64,000 nucleotides of DNA from Octopus sinensis (lineage: Eukaryota). The stretch lies in assembly GCF_006345805.1 (NCBI RefSeq), contig NC_042998.1, positions 41,106,001-41,170,000 of the forward strand, given 5' to 3'. Below are positions 25,111-39,696 of this stretch, piece after piece. Within the stretch, counting starts at the first letter, position 1; the number at the start of each line of letters is the position of its first letter. The translations under genes were made by a program, and so were the position numbers. The notes under the pieces are model-generated. The model did not search any database. It saw only the letters and a list, made by a program, of their open reading frames with translations, and had not been told where the DNA came from.

Positions 25111-28100
25111 CTCTGAGAAGAGACACAATCAGGATAAGAAGAAACGGCTCATGTGTTAGTTGTGGATGTGTCTTTGTGGATGAGGAATATAGCTTGGTAG
25201 TTCAGAGGAAGCAAAAGCTGTTGTAGGAGTAGTAGAGAAGCAGAAAGAATAACCAGCACATCTATGATGGGATATTTACCAATTAGTCAAATGACTTTAT
25301 TTTAAATACGACCTAAAACATTTGTGTAGGTAGCAGCAATACTGTCAAAAACATATAGGCAAAACAATTCAAATTATACAAGATTAGAATTTTAAATGTT
25401 TAAAAGAAAAACTTTCTTCACCCAAGAATTTGAAAACAGATTTCAAAATAGAAGAAAAAATGTGTGAATTTTCAACAAAAATTTATGGATTGCTGAAGAA
25501 AGATTACAAAATAAAATGGATGTTATATTATTTTTAATAAAAGAAAATATGAATGTTATAGCAATTTGTTAAGAGGTAATACATATTACAAATGGTTGTT
25601 ACACAAGAATTGTTTTAGATATATATAAAAGATAGCTTGATATTGCCCTGTACTTATGTTAGAAATCAATATTGCTCAGGAAAACTTGTGATTGAAAGCC
25701 CAAGCTAATGCATAGGTTCAGCACTCTAATGTTATATCCCAGCTATCTGGTACCATAGAATACTGTGTGAAGGTCAGTACACTTTTCCCTGTGATGCTTC
25801 CTAATTTGTTTGCGTATGATCAAGTCTGTAGGTAATGGTCAGAGTAGAGGATAGTTCAACTCTTAATTTCTTGGAATTTGTCAATAATCATCAATGCAGC
25901 TGGGCATTTGTGCCAAGTAAAATAATTGGTTTCACAGCTGGACATGTAATTTGCTTACATGATCCAGGCAAGTGAAGTGCTGATTCTCGAATGCTTTCGC
26001 ATTTTCAGTGTTATTTATGCATCTCGGTAGTTGTGTGTAGTTATAGACATGTAGTTTCAGGGATTAAACAACTTCACAAATTATTTTTGTGGCTGTTGTT
26101 GTAGTTTAGCCCCAAGACAACTTTGATCAAGTAAACCACTGGTCAAAGACATTCCAAGCCTTAACCATTTGTTTTTGTATATCTAAGACTACTTTGTTGA
26201 TGTATCCTCAATTTTCTTCTCTTTTGTAACAATAAGGTGTGATTTGAGGAACATTTTGCTGCTGTTTTAGCAGGTTAAGCAATAATACATGGGTTTCTAT
26301 GTTGGTTTAATAACATTTTTGATTTGCTGCATAATGTGGTGGATTCTACTTAAGATGGTTTGTAATTTAACAGTTAAGTAATTTGTGATACAAGGATTGG
26401 GGACTGAGCTATACTCAACAGTTGATATTACCTATAGAGAACAATGGCATAGGCTCCTTATTTCGACCAAATGTGCCAATAAGTATTTGCATTGTTTATT
26501 AAATTACTTGTTTGTAGTAGGTATGTTTTAAGTGCTGAAAATTGGTATAGAATGTTTTTTCTTATGGATTTTCAGTAATTAGGATTCTTTTCTATTTTTT
26601 ATTCTCTTAGTGAATGAAAGTGTTATTTTCAGTAACTAGGTATTGGGGCCAGCATTTTTTTAAAAGGAAGATTAAAGGATATATGGAATTAAAAGTCAAT
26701 GAATCAAACTGGTAGCTTGATATTGTAACAAGATGCTAAATCATAGTTGACTTAGCATCTTGTTATATATTGTGATAACTGAGAGAAATGTTTGTCAGAG
26801 TCCAAAACTAGCTACTACTTGAATCTTTTATCTGCTTAACTACCCCAATTTTTTTGCATGATTTGTTGAAGAACTGCAGACTAAACATATGACATAGAAA
26901 AGTAGGCTTGGCTCAAAAAACATAACGATTAAGATTAAAGTTGTAGAGGACCTACTAAACTCTGTGTGTGTGTGAATATTCTATATTCCTGTTATACTGG
27001 AAGGAAACGGTAGGAAATGCTTCCGCATAAAAGTGTTGTAGGGTTTCTAGAAATGAGACAAAGAAATACAATTTATCATACTTATGATGCATAAGAGTAT
27101 TTGGCAGCAAAAGTAACTGTAAAGGGAAGCTGATTAACTGCTGAAGTAGCATTTTGAAATTATTATGTGGTATAATTATTTGGCCCTAATAAGAGTATAA
27201 TGGTTGGACACAGAGATTTTATTATCTTTGAATGAAACACAGTTTTTTGGGGTTTTTTCTGTGTGCAAAAGCTAAACTATATGAAATTTACAACTGGTGT
27301 GATGAAGAAACACGTGTTATAAATTTAGGCATGCCACTACCTAGTTACAAAAACAGTAATTTATCATAAGATGCAATGTAGCAGTTTGTTCCCCACCAAA
27401 CACAAACACTGTCTAGTTTGATTTTTTTGTAAGTTCTGGTTGTGGTCCCCCCTCTGAGGAAATCACTTGTTGACCCTCTGCACCTGCCATTACTATTCCT
27501 TCTTAGGACAGTGTTTAAGGCTAATGAAGTTATTGATGACAGTTAATATCTTGAATAGGTAGGATTTTTTTTTTTAATTGTAAGTGTGTCTAACTGGAGC
27601 AGAGATAGACCAAAACTTACAATAAGAAAGTCGGGCATTTAACTTAATTAGTAATTACTTCTGGAATTTGTCTTTATAAATATCTAATTAGAATAATTTC
27701 CGCTATAAATTGAAAATATACAATTTTGATTTCCTATTTCATACCACTTTCATAATTAATATGTTGCTATGTTTTGGAGGATTTGTTTGTTGTTGTTTTT
27801 TTATGTTTTATAGATTTCCATTTTGAAAGATTATATTTTCATTTATCCATTGATAACTTTTGACTTTTCTAATCATATACTCTTTAAGAATGATGATAAA
27901 GAACATTATTTTCATGAGTATGAAGAGGATAAACAAAAGTGAGTGTTGAATGGTTGCCAATGCAGAGAGAAACTAAGTTTATGGTCATATAATGAAATAG
28001 ATATTAGCAAATACTATGGATGGAAGATGAGGCCATGATGTTTAGAAATAATTAATGGGAGATTAGTTAAGTATTTTGGGTGATGGTTAATCATTATTAA

Positions 28101-28129
28101 TTAACACATTTGAAAGTTAAAAATAAGTA

Positions 28130-28430
28130 GGCATGGCTGTGTGATAAGAAGTTTACTTCCCAGTTATATAGTCTTTGGTTCAGTCCAACTGCACAACATG
28201 TTGGACAAGTACCTTCCTCTATAACTCAGGTCAACCAAAGCCTTGTGAGTGGATTTGGTTGATAGAAAGCCAATCATGTGTCTGTGTGTTGGTTTGTTAA
28301 TGCCCCCTTAACTTAATGGTTTGGCAAAAAGACACCAATAGAATAAGTACTGGGGTTGATTCATTTGAGTAAACCCTTCAGGACCATCTTCTAGTGTGGC
28401 CACAGTCAAAACATGAAAGAAATAAAAGAT
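28130..28430 (+). mobile_element. tRNA-derived SINE, degenerate
   Basis: Same head, core and 3' domain ('ccaatagaataagtactggggttgat') as the 4501 family. Confidence 0.75.
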
Positions 28431-31400
28431 AAAAAATACAAAACTTTTGAATTCAAGATAGGAACTGTGAGCTGCATAAAAGGATCATCTAGAGGGTTAT
28501 GATGTAGAAATTTATCTTATCCAGATGTCAGAATAGAACTTGAATTAAGTTTTGCTATGTAGTAATTATATCTAAGACATTAACTTTTAGTGGTTTATTG
28601 GTTTGAATAAGCAACAAAATCAACAGTTTCTTTTGTATCATTTCCTATTTTAGAATAAGCCAACTACATTAGTAATAGAATTTTTGAGTTTCATCTTAAA
28701 GTACTTCAAAAATTACGAATCTATTTTCTCTTTGCTGGATGCTATTGTAGCTAGACAATTGAATGTTAAATTAATTAATTCTTCTATTATTGTTGCACTG
28801 GTAAATTCTCAGCACAGTATCAAGAGTGATCTCTTAACATTTTACTGGCACTATCTTTCACTCAGTATAATTTCTGATTATCTTCAGGTATATTTTTTGC
28901 ACAACTCAATGTGCACGTGCATGCACACACACACACACACACACACTTGAAGTTTAAATTCATTTGTGAACCTGTTTTACAAATGGTAAGATACCCATAA
29001 TACCTAACCTGAGAGTGTGACATAAGCGGTATTACTTGGAAACAATGATAAATATTCTAGTGAAAATATAATGCAGTTAATATTTTGATATGCAGGTGAG
29101 GCATTTCATTTTAGGGAGCTGTATGACAGAACTGTCACATCAATGATGTAGGAATCTTTCAGATTCATGGCTTCACCTATTTAACCTATATATAGGTGTA
29201 ATTATGGAAGTGTGGTTCAGAAGTTCACTTTACAATAATGTGGTTTCAAACTCAATCCCAATGCAAGGGACATTGGTGACATGTCTTCTAGAACAGCTTT
29301 TAGTAGACAGAAGCTTTATACTTTATCCTTTTATGTTATGTAACTTAGTGGTTTTAAAAATAGAGACTGATAAAATAAGCATCACTCTGAAATATGTAGC
29401 GATATCTATATGATCGACTAAAACTCCTGACAGCAGTGTCTCTGTGTGGCCATAGGGCAATAACTGAAACCATTTAAAATATGAAAGTGTAAAACAGTTT
29501 AAGAATATTAAAAGAAAAAAAATTTTAAGTTGTGCCTTGGAGCTGTGCAAGATGTTGCTATCTCACGATTTTGTATCATCTTAAAACAAAAAGTAATGTT
29601 GAAAATAAAACTGATAATAGTTAAGAGCAATATTTTGTAATTTGGATTTTTGTTGAAGGTGTGTATCTCCCTTAAAATGTCTAAAATGCTTTTTAAATTT
29701 ACACTTGCTTACCCTTATGTATAAAAACTGGATAAATTTTACATGTGTTTAATTAGGTGTTTGCAAAAGTATTTTACTGTTGGATATTTTGTGAATGAAA
29801 GTGGATGGGTATTTTCCACTGGGTTGACTAAGGCAATGAAAAGAATGTGCTTTAATTGAGCACAAACTGCCACTTTCAATTTATATGCCTGGAATTTACC
29901 TCATTAATTACTGAGTCACACTATATAATATATATATATATATCTTTAAAACATTCATTGTTATGATAATCACCACTGTCATCATATGAAATAGTTATTT
30001 CTGCCTTTTATCTAAAGCAAATTAATATTTTTTTAATTACAAATATTTAAACTAAGATTACATATAAAAAATATATTTTTGTTTTTTGTAATTTTTGCTA
30101 TATATATTAACAAAAAAAAGCAATTTCTTTGGTTTTGCTTTTTAACTATTTTCTATACTCACCCACCCTCATCTCATAAACATACATAGACATACACACA
30201 ATGTGTGAATGTCTGTATGTAATTTTATTATTTCTGCTTTAAGGAATTAATATATTTGTGAATATTGAAAAAATATATATATATTTAGAAGTATATTACA
30301 AATTTTTAACCTGCAATGCTTTCAAGAAAGTTGTTCTTCTGTAAAATAGAAAAAAAAGTTGTTGAAAACAAAAAAGTATTTTATGAGAATCTATGTTTTG
30401 TTTTGTTTTCATCTATTGAATTATTCATCAAACCAATAAATAAAGCAAATAAAAGTAAAATATTAGAATATTGATTTGAAGTATTGATCCATTGATCATA
30501 TCACTACCATTTCTCATTTAATCTAAGCAATAACTTAATGTTAATGTCTGAGTGGATAAGTGTTATTGAAGTCCCTTCATTTTACAATTCAATTTATTGT
30601 AATAAAACTGTCCTTTAAGTAGAAATAGCTATAAAAATGTCATTACATATGAGGTTCAATAGCAGGAATACTTAAATGTATATTCAAAGAGAAAGATCAT
30701 CTCCATTTCAGTTTTTGTTTGAAATACTTTTAAGAAATAATTCTGTTGAGACAACAGCATAGATTTCAGCTCAATCCCTATTACACAATAGGCAAAAGAT
30801 CCTTCTAAAAGAAAAAAAGCAGATACCAGGTGCTTTACTAGAAAATTTGAGCTTGAATAAACAAAGACACATTTGTCTTCTCAGCATATATGCAATGTCA
30901 GGCCCTCAGCATATTATCTTGGTCATAAACTTACCAGTTATCCAGTTTAACATTACCACATGGTCCTTGGCTACCTTTAGTGAAGCCTATCTGTTACAGG
31001 TATTCAGACCAGATACCCAGTTTAAGGAATATTTTCCTTTTCCCATTCATAGACTTGGTGACCCTGTAAAGGGCCATGAGCAATTCCTTTAATCCTAACT
31101 AACAGGTAAGAAGAAGAATCTGAACTGAATAATGTTTAGATGGATCTTCGGAAGTGATATAATTTTCTTTTCTCTCATTTGGAAAAAGGGTTTTTCTTTT
31201 TGTTTTATCAAGAACTCAAAATCTTTTAGCGTTAAATTTGTAATAAACATTATCATTTTCTAATATTTAAGATTAATATTTTTTCCTAATATTTATCACT
31301 CCTATCCTATAATCAGCATGCCACTTACTACATTTTCACATTTTGCAGAGAGAAACAAAACTTGTTATTGCCAGTAGATAAACTTTTTATATCATTTCTC

Positions 31401-31777
31401 TGCATTTGCTACTGTGTTTTTTAATGCCAGTTCCTCTAGCATCCAGGCACCTGAAACTATCTTTAGGCAACCCTTTTGGTACCTTTGCTGTTGATTTTTT
31501 TTAAAAAATGTTTATCTTTTCTTTTTTTACCATTCAATTGGTACATCTAAATCCTAGCTCTTACCAGGCTGTTTGTACCTATTGATTTATTGAACTGAGA
31601 ATATAGAACCAAGTTCTTCTAATTTCTTTCTTATTTATTGAAAACTAAGTCATTTTTTCAGTAAGACTATTTCCCCCCAATTCTGCAAATTTGCTCTTTG
31701 GTCTCTGCCATATTTGCTTATTGGCTTTTGATTTTAGTCCACGACATTACCTATCTTTAGTCTGAATGTAACAATTC

Positions 31778-31830
<53 letters not shown>

Positions 31831-33286
31831 TACTGAAATCAATTATATAGTCAATTTTATGCAAGGTGTATATCTACATTCCAATGACTAGAGTTATTAC
31901 CTGCCTGATGATAGCTCTAATCCTAGAAAGGTATATGTGGTAATATTATTTCTGCATTGTAGAATATGAATATTTAAACTTTATCACAGAATTCTTTGTT
32001 ATGATTGTGTAGTTTCACTTACTACTAAATGAAGGAAAATGTTGAAAACAGACTCCATGGAGCAACAGACATTTGAAATGTTCTACTTATAAGTCATTCA
32101 CAAATTATTTTTTCTGGGTCATGCAGAATAAGTACTGTTTTTGCTTGAAGTTTAATTCATGAATAAATTCTAACTTGGAGATTATTTGAAACAAAGTAAA
32201 ATTTCGTAGATATTTTGGTAAACATCTGTTCATCTCATGCATATAATTTATAAATCAACCAAAAGCAGAAATACAATTACATGCAGATATCTTTTGTTCT
32301 TATAGGAGCTATTTGGTAAAATAACCATTTTCCTTTCATTTTTTTTTTTTTTTTTGTGTTCTAAGTTTGAATTATTTTTATTAATTTTTATCTTTAACTA
32401 GCTTCTATCTGGGGAGATAAATAAATAAACTGCTGGTTAAGACTGATAAATTGTTCATCTGTGTGTTAACTTACCGTGGTTTACTTCTATATGCAAAAGT
32501 ATAAGTAGTTAAATGGTATAAAATTGTATAATCTTTTACTAAGATAGATTGATTCCTTCCAAGAATGCCTAATTTTATAATTTAAAAAAAATCACTTATG
32601 GTTTTCTGATTGTGAATTATCAGTACCAGTAGCAAATATTTTTAAGGCAGCTACTTTGTTGACTTTAAGTGCTAAATTCAAATTCTTCCACGTCAAACCC
32701 CTTGTACTATCTTCACTAACCTGTCTCAATGACTGTAATAGCAATGTTTCTGTTGATGATGATAGAGTTTTCTAAATTTTCTAGTTCTACTATTGTTGTT
32801 TTATAGAATTTTATTTGTATAAGGCTCTTTGTTCATTGTGTTACATTGCAGATACATTTTCTCTTTATCAATCAATTTTAAAATAGCTTCAGAATACCAA
32901 CAGTAAATTTGTGTTCATATCAAAGCTTTCTTTTTTTTTTTTTTTAAATTAACTTCCAGCTTTAGATGCTTTTATAGTAAATCTTTTGGCATAAATGTTA
33001 GTAAAAAAAATAGTAGAGAACTTATGTGATATTTTTATAATTTCATTGAGTATTTTAATCTGATTCATTTACTCTTTAGATATTTTGCAGAGTTTATTGT
33101 AGTTCCTTGGTATTCATACCTACAAGTGGTAGCAAAATGCTTTGTTATGATTTAATTGAAAAATGTTTTGATGCTTTCTCTTTGCTGGATGCTATTGTAT
33201 CTAGACAAATCTAATCATATGTATATTTTACTGGTTCCATCTACAATTTGCATTTTCCTCCAGTTTCCTATTTTTACATACTTCAA

Positions 33287-33505
33287 CCCTTTTGTATTCA
33301 GATTATTCTGTCAACTGTAATGCTTATTTATCTACATTGTTTTGAATTAATCATGCATTACTTGTAGCTTTGAAATTTTGATGATGTGATTGTATGTTTT
33401 TAGAATGGCATTGTAGGGTAGGTGTGAGAGATTGGGTCTTGCCAGTTTAAACATAAAACAAGTAGAATATTAGGGCTGAGTATAGCTGGTTTAAATACCA
33501 AAGGG
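33287..33505. mobile_element. piggyBac-type MITE (219 bp)
   Basis: Flanks tcaa (mutated TTAA) and ttaa. Left end cccttttgtattc, right end reverse complement ccctttggtattt. Confidence 0.75.
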
Positions 33506-35499
33506 TTAAGGTCTTACATAAATGTAGCTGAATTTTGTTTGTAAATTAGATACATGTGTTACATATGAAATACAGATTGAAAATATTTTCTTGAGTACAT
33601 AAAGTTATGCACTTTGCTATTCGTCACAGGTTGTTTAGTTAAAGTACTGAACTACATCATGTACTGTGTCTCTAAACTAGATACATAACTCGACTTGCTC
33701 CACTTGGCCTGACTGCAAAAACAAGGTTCCATTTTTCATGTTTGAGTGGTTAGCAATAAGAAAGACACACAGCTGTGAAAATTACTCCAACAGAAACCAA
33801 TCAATCCACCCAGCCATGTTGGCACTGTAAATGGTTATATAAATAACATGGTACTGCTGTTATATTGCTTTAATATCTGAACGACAGTGTTAGATGTAAT
33901 TGTGATGGTAATAGCCAATATTGCTACTACCAGTGCTACTGGCACAGCTGATAAGTTAGTCAATATTTATAACATTAAAAGATTTCAGTTAATTTTAAAT
34001 TTGTCCTATGTTAAGACATATTAGTAAAAATAAAGAAAAAGATCTTTGAGTTTTACTGTAACAGAACAGGCTTTATGTCTCTCACTCTAAAAAGAGATTT
34101 TTAGTTCTTATGAGTGATTTCTCGCAATTGTCTTGTTTTTTTTCTTTTCATTTATATTTTGTGCTTTATGATAAGCACAGTTCATTTGAACACCAGGTTA
34201 TCCATTGGTGCTTGAGAACTTAAAAAGCACTGTACTATATCTGAAATATAGTTTATCTCCCAAGAAAAGGTTTATTCAAATGTTTTATTAGATCTGAAAA
34301 GATTAAAAACTTGTTCATCTTCATATAGTTATCATTTTAAGCTGGGTCATATGAAAATACAAATAGAGGTCATATGAAAGTACAACTAGAGATGCTAAGA
34401 AAGTGAGGAGAAAACATAGCTAAGTAATAAAATATACAAGATATTCAAAGATTTTGCTTGCAAAAATGTGTTTTTTGAGTAATGATTAGGTGTTTTTAAA
34501 TCCATTTTTTATCTGTTCCGACAATACAGCTGATACGTTGTATCAGTAGGAATAAAACTAGAAGGAAGTAGGACTCAGAGCAACAATATGAAACCAGTTA
34601 TACCAGGCATATGTATATTGAAAATATTTAACATTTGTGTCTGCAGATATACAAATAACAAGATATCTCAACTGAGATTTATTTAGAAAGAACTGTTATT
34701 AGTAAGTACAGATGCTTGAGACTTAACAACCATGTAGATTTGGCAATCTTTCAGAACTTTACATTGGGAAATCATGCAGACATAACAAAACGGAATGATG
34801 AAAGATAATAGTGTTCACTCCCAATTTGTTATGACTAAATTTAATTCTGACCATTTGATATTTGCTGGACTGGAAATTTATGAATATTCAAAAATGAAAA
34901 CTGATTGCAGTTGACATGAAATCAGCAAAATATTTAACTTTTATATTTCTGTTAAACTTGGAGAAGGGGAGGAAGAAAGATATGTATATTTACATAATTT
35001 CCAACTGCTATTCCTTAAGACAAAGATGATTAGTTATATTTATCTATCACTAATGTTTGCTATTAATTTGAAATTTCACTCTCATGAATTTAAAACTTGA
35101 TGTAAAATAAAATTTAAACTATTATGTCCTACTCTTATTAATCAACATGACTTAATTATAAGTGTCTGAATTTCATTGATATAACATTAATTTTTTACAC
35201 AACATTGTTTTAAATGAGAACTTAGGCAATTAAACCCTTTTTAAGTTTTATTTTTGTGTATGAAGCTTTAGTTTATATGGAAAGGGAATGAGCAAATATT
35301 TTAGCCTTTGTCATCAGGATTGGAAGAAAAGTGATGTTGCTATACTTAGGAATCAAAAGCTGATTGCAGATTTGTTTAGTGATCAAATGTAAATTTAAGA
35401 ATGTAAAATTATTGATAATTTTGTTTCTTGTTTTTGGTCCATGAGTATAAGCTATATGAAACCTATGATGTTGTGAAATATAATGTTTTGTATTCTTTG

Positions 35500-36300
35500 T
35501 AATTTGTTGAGGATTTTTGTGAAGTAGTCACAACCAGGCTTAACCAATGATGGATTGAATGTTTGTACTTTGTTTGCTATTTGCTAGATGTTGTCCCTGT
35601 GAGCACTGTGTTAGTGCATTCATTCATTCATTTGTCTTTAATGTTGTCTAGATGTACTGTGAGTGTTATCGAGCTGTATATAAAGACTCATAGGTCTATT
35701 ATTTTGTAGCCGTGTTTCATTCTGATATATGTATGTATGAAGTATTTCACGAATGGTGGGAAAATGTCATCTGTATATGAAGCTGTACACATCTGTGGTG
35801 GCATAGAGGTCAGTGTAGATATTGGTTAAAACAAGGTGAGAGGACAGCTCCTTGTAATACTCCCTTAAAAACATTGAAAATCCTGGATGTTTTATATGTA
35901 TACTATATAAACTTAGCACGTGAAAGATTGCTTGTTAATGTTTTGTATTACTTCTTAAAGATATGGTGAGCATTGGGAAATAGCTGAAAAGCTTTGCTGA
36001 TAATGGTAGTTAGGATAATACTTTCTTTCCTTCTTTTTTTCTTTCTTTTTTTTTTTTATTATCTGTTGTGAATTTTTTTTGTGTGGTAATTTTGTGAGTA
36101 GTGTGCTGAATCTGTGTATTGAGTTAGAGAAATGTGTGGATTGGTCAGTGAGAGCTAAGTCATCATGAAATTTTTGAAGTCAAACATTAGAGCTAGAAGT
36201 TACATGTGATGGTAATTTAGTTGCAGAGCTAAGGTTTCAAAATAGGAATGATTTTGCCATTTCCAATGTCTGATGGTTAGGTAGTGTTGATATGAGTAGT
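35500..36300 (-). mobile_element. highly decayed LINE reverse transcriptase (I/Jockey-like group)
   Basis: Minus-strand frameshifted remnants GKIIPILKP, GVLQGAVLSP and SYTDDI, corresponding to RT motifs IIPILKP, GVPQG.VLSP and YADD. Confidence 0.6.
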
Positions 36301-36975
36301 TAACACTAGTTTCTGCTCATGTAACATATTTTACTCTGTTTTGCACCAAACTTACATTACATAAATACAAATTTAAGTTAATCATTCAAATAACATTTAA
36401 ATTACTTAGCCTTCTCTATTCATTAAAAATATTATCAACTTTGAAAGCAACAGTTTATTTTCTTTATATATATTTCTTGCTTTTCTGTAAAGATATTTCA
36501 ATCTGTAAGTGATGACAGCAACTTACCAAATGATGAACAAGTCTTAGACAAGCGCAATTTAGGCCAATGATCTGTGTTTCAGAAAATGTTAATATCATTC
36601 TGTGTTAAAAACTAAAAATATTATTTACTATCAGAAACTGGCAATGAAATGTATAGTCAAATTTTATTTATTTTTAGAATTATGAAATGATGTTAGCAAA
36701 ATTGATTTTAATTATGAAAGAATGTGAGCCAAACATTTGATATTTTCTGAAAACATGTACCTAGAAGGAAAAGCATTCTTTTCAACTAAGCATACTGCTG
36801 GGGTTTTGAATTGTTGTTTTGTTTTTTGCATTGGAATTTTTTTTTTCTATTTGTGTGTGTGTGTGTGTTTGATGTACTCAAAATATTCCAATGAACAAAA
36901 AAGAAAAACAATTTGTATGTGTGTGTGTGTATAAGTAATCAATGATTTTAATTAAATATGTTCAATTATTTTCAG

Positions 36976-37215
36976 GAGAAGCAGAGTTTTCTTCAACAAC
37001 ATGATGGCATTGGAGATATTTCCAAAGTTTCTGCTGTAAACTCAGATACTTTCACCAGGGATCCTTTATGTGCTGCTGCAGTCACAAGTCAAGAAGAATT
37101 TGAAGATCAATGTGAACGTGCAAGGCAGCTGTTGGATGTTTTTGACAGTAATGTAGTCAATCAAGGCCACTTAAGGATTAAAGATTTTGATGAAAGAATT
37201 GACAAGAAAATAAGG
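36976..37215 (+). CDS. DMD: dystrophin internal exon B (80 aa; linker plus spectrin helix A; equivalent to human exon 38)
   Basis: Acceptor aattattttcag, donor AGG|gtatgc, phase 0-0, in frame with exon A. EEFEDQCERARQLLDVFDSNVVNQGHLRIKDF resembles recalled human EQFNSDIQKLLEPLEAEIQQGVNLKEEDF. Confidence 0.85.
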
Positions 37216-39696
37216 GTATGCATTCTTTTTATTAACAAAACCTCACTTAATTTTTAATGAACTTTAATTTCAGTTATACTTTGTGTCAGTTCAGTATATT
37301 AAGTTTTTCAATATACTTCAAGTTTATAGATAAAAATTATCAAAAGAAAACTAATTGAAATCTATTTTCAATTTAGATTAAGCACCAGTTAGTTGTCAAA
37401 TATTGCTATATACATTTTCATGATGTTTACAGCAAGAAGATCAGAGATAACTGTAGAAAAATATTGGAGGGTGAAGTTATTTGTAGGTTTGCTAATCTGT
37501 AACAAAGAAAATTATCATCACTATTTAATTTTTTTTTTCTAAAGGATCCTAAACTTTCTACCTTCTATGTTACTCTCTCTCTCTCTGACTCACTCTATTG
37601 ATAGTATTTTTTTCCTTCAACTATCTTTCCTGATTAAAATGTTCTTTCAACTTTTTTATTTTTTATTGAATATTGATAACTTCTAAAAATGTGTTTTGGT
37701 TTGATTTTTAGTAGATAACTGTACTTGGAATATTTATTTACTTACACTATTGAATTGGTTTTCATCGATCTATCAGCCACAACTTTTCAACATAAAGATC
37801 AGATTTATTTCTGTTTATGAAATATCTAGTTCGTCATGTTGTTATTTTTTTTTTAAGTGTATTCTTTGCTTAGCTTGTTCAAATATGAAAAACAAAATTC
37901 CAAATAGACAAAGAAAATTCCTTAGATTCTAATATCTTTGTTTTAAAGAAAAAATACTATTCAGTTATGCAGTTTTGTTGGCGAGTATATCCCCTTTATT
38001 CTGACCAAACCAAAGAAAGTAGAGAGAAAAAAATCTGTTGTTGAACAGTGTCAGTTTATGATTTTCGTTAGTTAACAAACATTATAGAGTCATATCCTTG
38101 TGTATTTACTCTTTCTGTAAAATAATCCCTGGTTAGAATAGAGGATTTAAAAAAAAGTTTTTTATTTTTTATAAATTTTATACTTTTTCATTTTAAGACC
38201 CGTATAACATAACTTGTTTCTGAATGGCTGTTTTTATCATACCGAGATCTATAGAAAAGTTAACTGAAAATTTCAGAATAAAATAATTTATTTGAAATCA
38301 AGAAAATAAGAAGTATTATTTTATTGATGTTGCTTTGTAAAGAGGATCAATTGTGTAATGTATAGATTTTATAACAGTCCTTATACTATATCTGATAGAA
38401 CTCTATTCAAGTATGTAAAGCATTTGTATTGTCATTGAATTTTTGTTTATTAATCTATTATATAAGTCACTGTAACAGTTACCTTAATATACATTTCAAT
38501 ATTGACAAGTTCCCTGAAAGCTGTGCTTATGATGTAATTTCAGTTCCTTCTTGAGCCATTTCATTTAACTCACATCTGTTTTTCATTGATTTATATTCAT
38601 CAGTTTTAATGTCTTTTTCACATTTCTTAGGATGTAGAACAAGCAAAAGGTTACGAAAGTAGTACTAAGTTTTTCTGATGAATATCTATACAAATTGCAT
38701 TGAAAGGTTAATAGCTGTGATTCTCTTCAATTATTGATAGTGACATTTCTCTTCCATCCCTATTCATTAACGTTGTTATTTATCTCTAGGTCAGGCTGAC
38801 TAAGCAGACCTATAATCAAAGTCATTCCAGCTATGGCCATTATGAGGTGGGGGAGGGTCTCCAGGTATAGTGTAACATACTAAAAGCATATTATTCAATG
38901 TTTTTTTAATGTTACGGTGTGATTTGAAAGACCTTTGGCTGCAATTTAGAACAAATTTAGAAATCCTGTAGAGACTATTTATTCTCTAACATATACTACT
39001 ACTGCACTTGGTTAATGAATTATAAATATATACTTTTTTCATGTGTATCTTGTCATTGTTGTTTTGGGGTTAATTTTTTTCTGCTTCTTACCTGTGAATA
39101 CACAAATAAAAAAATATGCAGTCTAGTATATTCTTTCCAATGATAGGGTTTATTATGCTTAATGTTTGAAAAACTTGATTTTTTTTTTTATCCACTTGTC
39201 ACGCGGAGCTATCTTCAACATTAATATCTACAATCATTACATCAGCATTTTAATTCTCAGGCAACAAGATATGTCTATAAAGTTCCATGAATAATTCTGA
39301 AAAGAAAACATTTTTATTCCATTGTTTACTTTTTTAAAATCTTTTAGCAGTAAACTTTTTTATTTCAAAATTTTTTGGCTTTAATTTCTTTTCCAATATG
39401 TGTTCTGTAAGTGATTATATATCAACTTGTTAGGTTAGCTAGCTTTCTTTAGTAGTATGTCTCCTATAGTAGTATCTGCTTGAGATTATATATTACCATT
39501 TTCCTTAGATTTTATTATCATTATAAAGGTTTCTATTCATTAAATTAATATTGATTTAGTTTGAAATAGTTTGATTTAAAAAGAAAACTTTTTGTATCCA
39601 TGTCCAAATTAACAGAAGTTAGTATTTGTATTTCTTTGCTGTAACTTCTGTTGATTTTCAAAGCATTGAAAGTGGTATAACTGTGAAAGCTTTATA

